Assembly: GCA_040285855.1 (NCBI GenBank) | Contig: JAUFOQ010000002.1 | Coordinates: 3,038,001-3,102,000, forward strand | From: Eukaryota sp. GEM-RC1 | Taxonomy: Eukaryota | DNA length: 64,000 bases | Reading direction: 5' to 3' | Shown here: positions 61,024-64,000 of the stretch, one piece after another | Position numbering within the stretch: position 1 is the first letter of the stretch | Layout of the letters: the number at the start of each line of letters is the position of its first letter | The notes under the pieces: generated by a model | The model's database searches: none | Told to the model about the DNA's origin: nothing | Seen by the model: only the letters and a program-made list of their open reading frames with translations | Translations under genes and position numbers: made by a program

Positions 61024-61487
61024 ATTTCTAGCTTAAATTTTTTTTGACTTAATGTATACATTGTATAGACATGCTGATTCCATTTTAGCCAAGTTGTTTA
61101 CGGGTAACTACTTTTGGGACTTGTGTAGTTCGTTTGATAGCTTGTTTTAATAGTTTAAACGGGAGTCATAGAAAGCCATATTTGGATAAATCGAAAACAC
61201 AATACGACTTTTCGGTCAAACAGTCACTGGTCTAAACTTTCGCTTCTTTTCTTTACACAGTTCAGTTCTTCAAAACTCTTGAAGAGTTGTTCATCCTGCA
61301 CAACTAAACGATCCAAAAAGGAAAAACATTTCGGCGACCCTCTTTTTGCCATTTATCGGAAATAATTTAAAAAGTCAACCGAAACGACCGTGAATTGAGG
61401 GAGCAAGGATTGAAGAGAGTCATTGTAGATCTGGATCTAGTAAAATCCAGTGAATTTAAGTGTTTTACCCAAAATGTATCATGATCT

Positions 61488-61991
61488 ATGAGTCATCTGT
61501 ACTTTCAACCTTTTATAGATAGGATCCCACAGAATGGTCACAATCCACTACTCTTTCGTCAACAAATATCTCTTCCCGATGCTTCTGGTAGAAAAGTAGT
61601 GAAAGCTCCGCGTCGTTCTTATTTAACCCCACCCACTTTTTCCAAGCAACAGTTACTTGACTTTGATGCGCAAAGTCTGTCAGATTCTTTGTCTCTTGAA
61701 CCTGATCATCCGGAATCCGGTTGTTCTACTTCAAAGTCCTCAACCACCATGTTCAACTCATTACTTCCATCAGTTCCTCAGCCATCTCCGGCTTCACACA
61801 CACCTCTTGATCTGCCCAAACACACCTCGAGTATTGAACAGAGCAGTGTTAATACCTCCATAGTTGAGTCTTCTATCCCTACCATTGAAGAAAGTTTTGT
61901 CGATACAGGCACTTCTGTTGTTGATCTAGGTCAGTTACAGAAGAAACTTACAAGATCAAGCTCACGTCCCAAAAAAAACTATAGCATTTGA
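61488..61991 (+). CDS. Hypothetical Ser/Pro-rich protein
   Basis: 167-aa ATG ORF with coding-like composition; no motif. Confidence 0.45.
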   Translation: MSHLYFQPFIDRIPQNGHNPLLFRQQISLPDASGRKVVKAPRRSYLTPPTFSKQQLLDFDAQSLSDSLSLEPDHPESGCSTSKSSTTMFNSLLPSVPQPSPASHTPLDLPKHTSSIEQSSVNTSIVESSIPTIEESFVDTGTSVVDLGQLQKKLTRSSSRPKKNYSI

Positions 61992-62349
61992 GGATCTGTA
62001 GTTGTTTTTTCTTAGTAATTATTGTAGCGTTTTTTGTTGATGATCTCTGCTTGTATACAATAGGTATACGAATGCATGGAACAATACTATTTATAATCCT
62101 CTTGATTTCTGTGGGGCAACACACATAAGTAATTGGTTGTTGAATGTCACACGTGATAGGATAAAGCACTGCATTACGCTGTTTGAAAACATCGCTCTAT
62201 CGAGTGATTGATTCAATTCAATCTCTTGTTACAACATAAGCCTCCCAATACCTCCATGAGAAATATTCAGAGCATGTACATACATTAAAATTCAGAGTGA
62301 AGAGTAATTAATGATTCAATTTTGCCTGCACATTCCGTAGCATTCACCA

Positions 62350-64000
62350 ATGGCTCATATCGAAGCCCTAAAACGCTCTTGGTTCAGTGACTTTGTCATT
62401 CGCCAATCTGGACCCTTTACATCTTCATTCTTTCAACTGAACAAAGATCACAGCCCCATTGTCAACTTCATTGTCCGATCTATCCATATATGGGATGAAT
62501 TCTCATCTCCTCAGCAACTAATTGTTGCGGATGAGCTATTCCTGATAAATCGCTTCCATCAACCCATAACAGGTTTATCTGCATTCTTCAATGTTTGTTT
62601 CTACACCCCATCTTCATAATCCCAGAACTACAACGTTCCAATCTCACGTACCCTCCCCCAATGTTCCTTCTCAAGAGAAATCCTACTCAACTCCCAGTCT
62701 GCTACTACTGTTTCATCCCCAATAGTCAAATCCCAACTTCATTCCCTATTGTATGACGTCATCTCAGAATCTCATCACAGCAACATCGACTGCACAACTA
62801 CCGAGGCTATATTCTCACTCTCAATTGACTCACAAGATCACAACAATCTGTACTCTCTCATCATTTGGCTTCCACTGGTTCACTCACTAGAGACATTGTC
62901 AATTGATGACCAGGATTTCAGAGTTGAAGGTGTTGACTGTGTACGGGAAAAAGTGAGTGGGAAAAGGCTCACGATTAATTCCTTCTCCCGATCATCAAAC
63001 TTTGACACTCCGAATCTATTCCGAACTCTGCCAATCAAAGTTGATATCAAGTTGACCTTCAGCTCAATAATGGCTGACAAAGTATTCCTAAAAACGACAA
63101 CAATGTTTATCTCTACAGATACGATAGAAGATCTTCCAGAAAGTAAAATCTGTTTGCACGATCACGTGCTGGATCAATACCACCTCACAGTCACTCAACA
63201 TGATTTTAAGCGAAACATTTTCAATAATGGAACTGTTGATATGATATCTTCTGGTTGTGAATTAGATTTGAATTCATCTGCTAACGTTTATTTCGTTGGA
63301 AGTCAGCCGAATAGTCTCCCAAAAGTCAATGGGGGTTAAATCAATTCGATCAGCAAAACTAGAGCAAAAACTTCGTGATTTGGTGAATCTTCCGGCATCT
63401 ACAATGCTTAATTCCTTAGAGGGAGAATTTGACACATCAATCAAAATAGACAGTTTGATTGAACTAATCATAATCATCACAGATGAGGATTCCTGGCCAA
63501 TGATTAAAACCAATGACCAAAGCATTTGTGTTGTACTTCCAAGGAGTGTTTATCTTCAAAACATCAAGTTTCCCACACTCCTCAAAAATCAATCACGTGA
63601 CAATGATTCAAAATTTAAGAAATCGAAAACTCTTCCAAAAACCATTAAAAATAAGCCGTTGTCAGTATCTGATGCTTTGCCAGGATTACATTTACGATCA
63701 CGATATGTTTACAGAACTCCTGAAACTGCTCAGAAAAAAAGGAAAATCAAAACAGCAGTGAAAAAGAAGAAATTAATGATGATTTGTATTGCGATCTGGC
63801 TCTATTACCTACAGTAATGGTCAAAAAGAAGTGATTGATGACGCGGACTATGGTGAACCCATTCCATTTCCTGATTTAAATTCGTTTTCTAATGATGAAA
63901 ATGAAGAATCAACCACAGAAAAAGAAGAAGAAAAGAAACAGCCAACAGAACAGGTAGAATTTCGATTTAAGAAGAAAATTACAATTGGACCAAACTGCAA
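62350..64000 (+). CDS. Hypothetical protein split by frameshifts, runs off window
   Basis: Consecutive same-strand ORFs 62350-62619, 62749-63339 and 63296-63817, then an acidic open frame to the window end. Confidence 0.45.

Noticed and set aside
61035..61046. 12-nt match (ATACAATGTATA, minus strand) to the predicted Fanzor guide
   Set aside because: Short, AT-rich and partly palindromic; compatible with chance and has no known TAM to support it.

Overview
AT-rich eukaryotic genomic DNA, most likely from a flagellated and possibly anaerobic protist (inference), using the standard genetic code. Compact islands of often head-to-head genes alternate with spacers full of transposon debris. Genes: H2B, H2A(X), PI31-like, MadBub (Bub1/Mad3), cofilin, a BTB protein, two DHHC-type acyltransferases, acid phosphatase, a 3-member Pro-rich membrane-protein family, tRNA-Glu, SF3A1/Prp21, LCMT1, a ciliary MIP-like protein, a LARGE-like GT8, an LRR protein, a CobD/HisC-like PLP enzyme, TBP, a bacterial-type SsnA amidohydrolase and a HEAT-like protein. 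Spliceosomal introns are rare and tiny (26-29 nt, GTATG...YAG). Many ORF breaks are single-base indels in homopolymers, probably long-read assembly errors. Mobile DNA includes about 10 hAT-type non-autonomous elements with 8-bp TSDs, two Tc1/mariner MITEs, a full-length decayed MULE with nested insertions, and about 10 3' fragments of CRE-like restriction-like-endonuclease (RLE) non-LTR retroelements. The highlight is a Fanzor (eukaryotic TnpB-like RNA-guided nuclease) running into the window start. Its 3' omegaRNA/right end recurs 30 kb away as a protein-less mini-copy with a different flank (a different putative guide), and its RuvC-III Asp is replaced by Asn.
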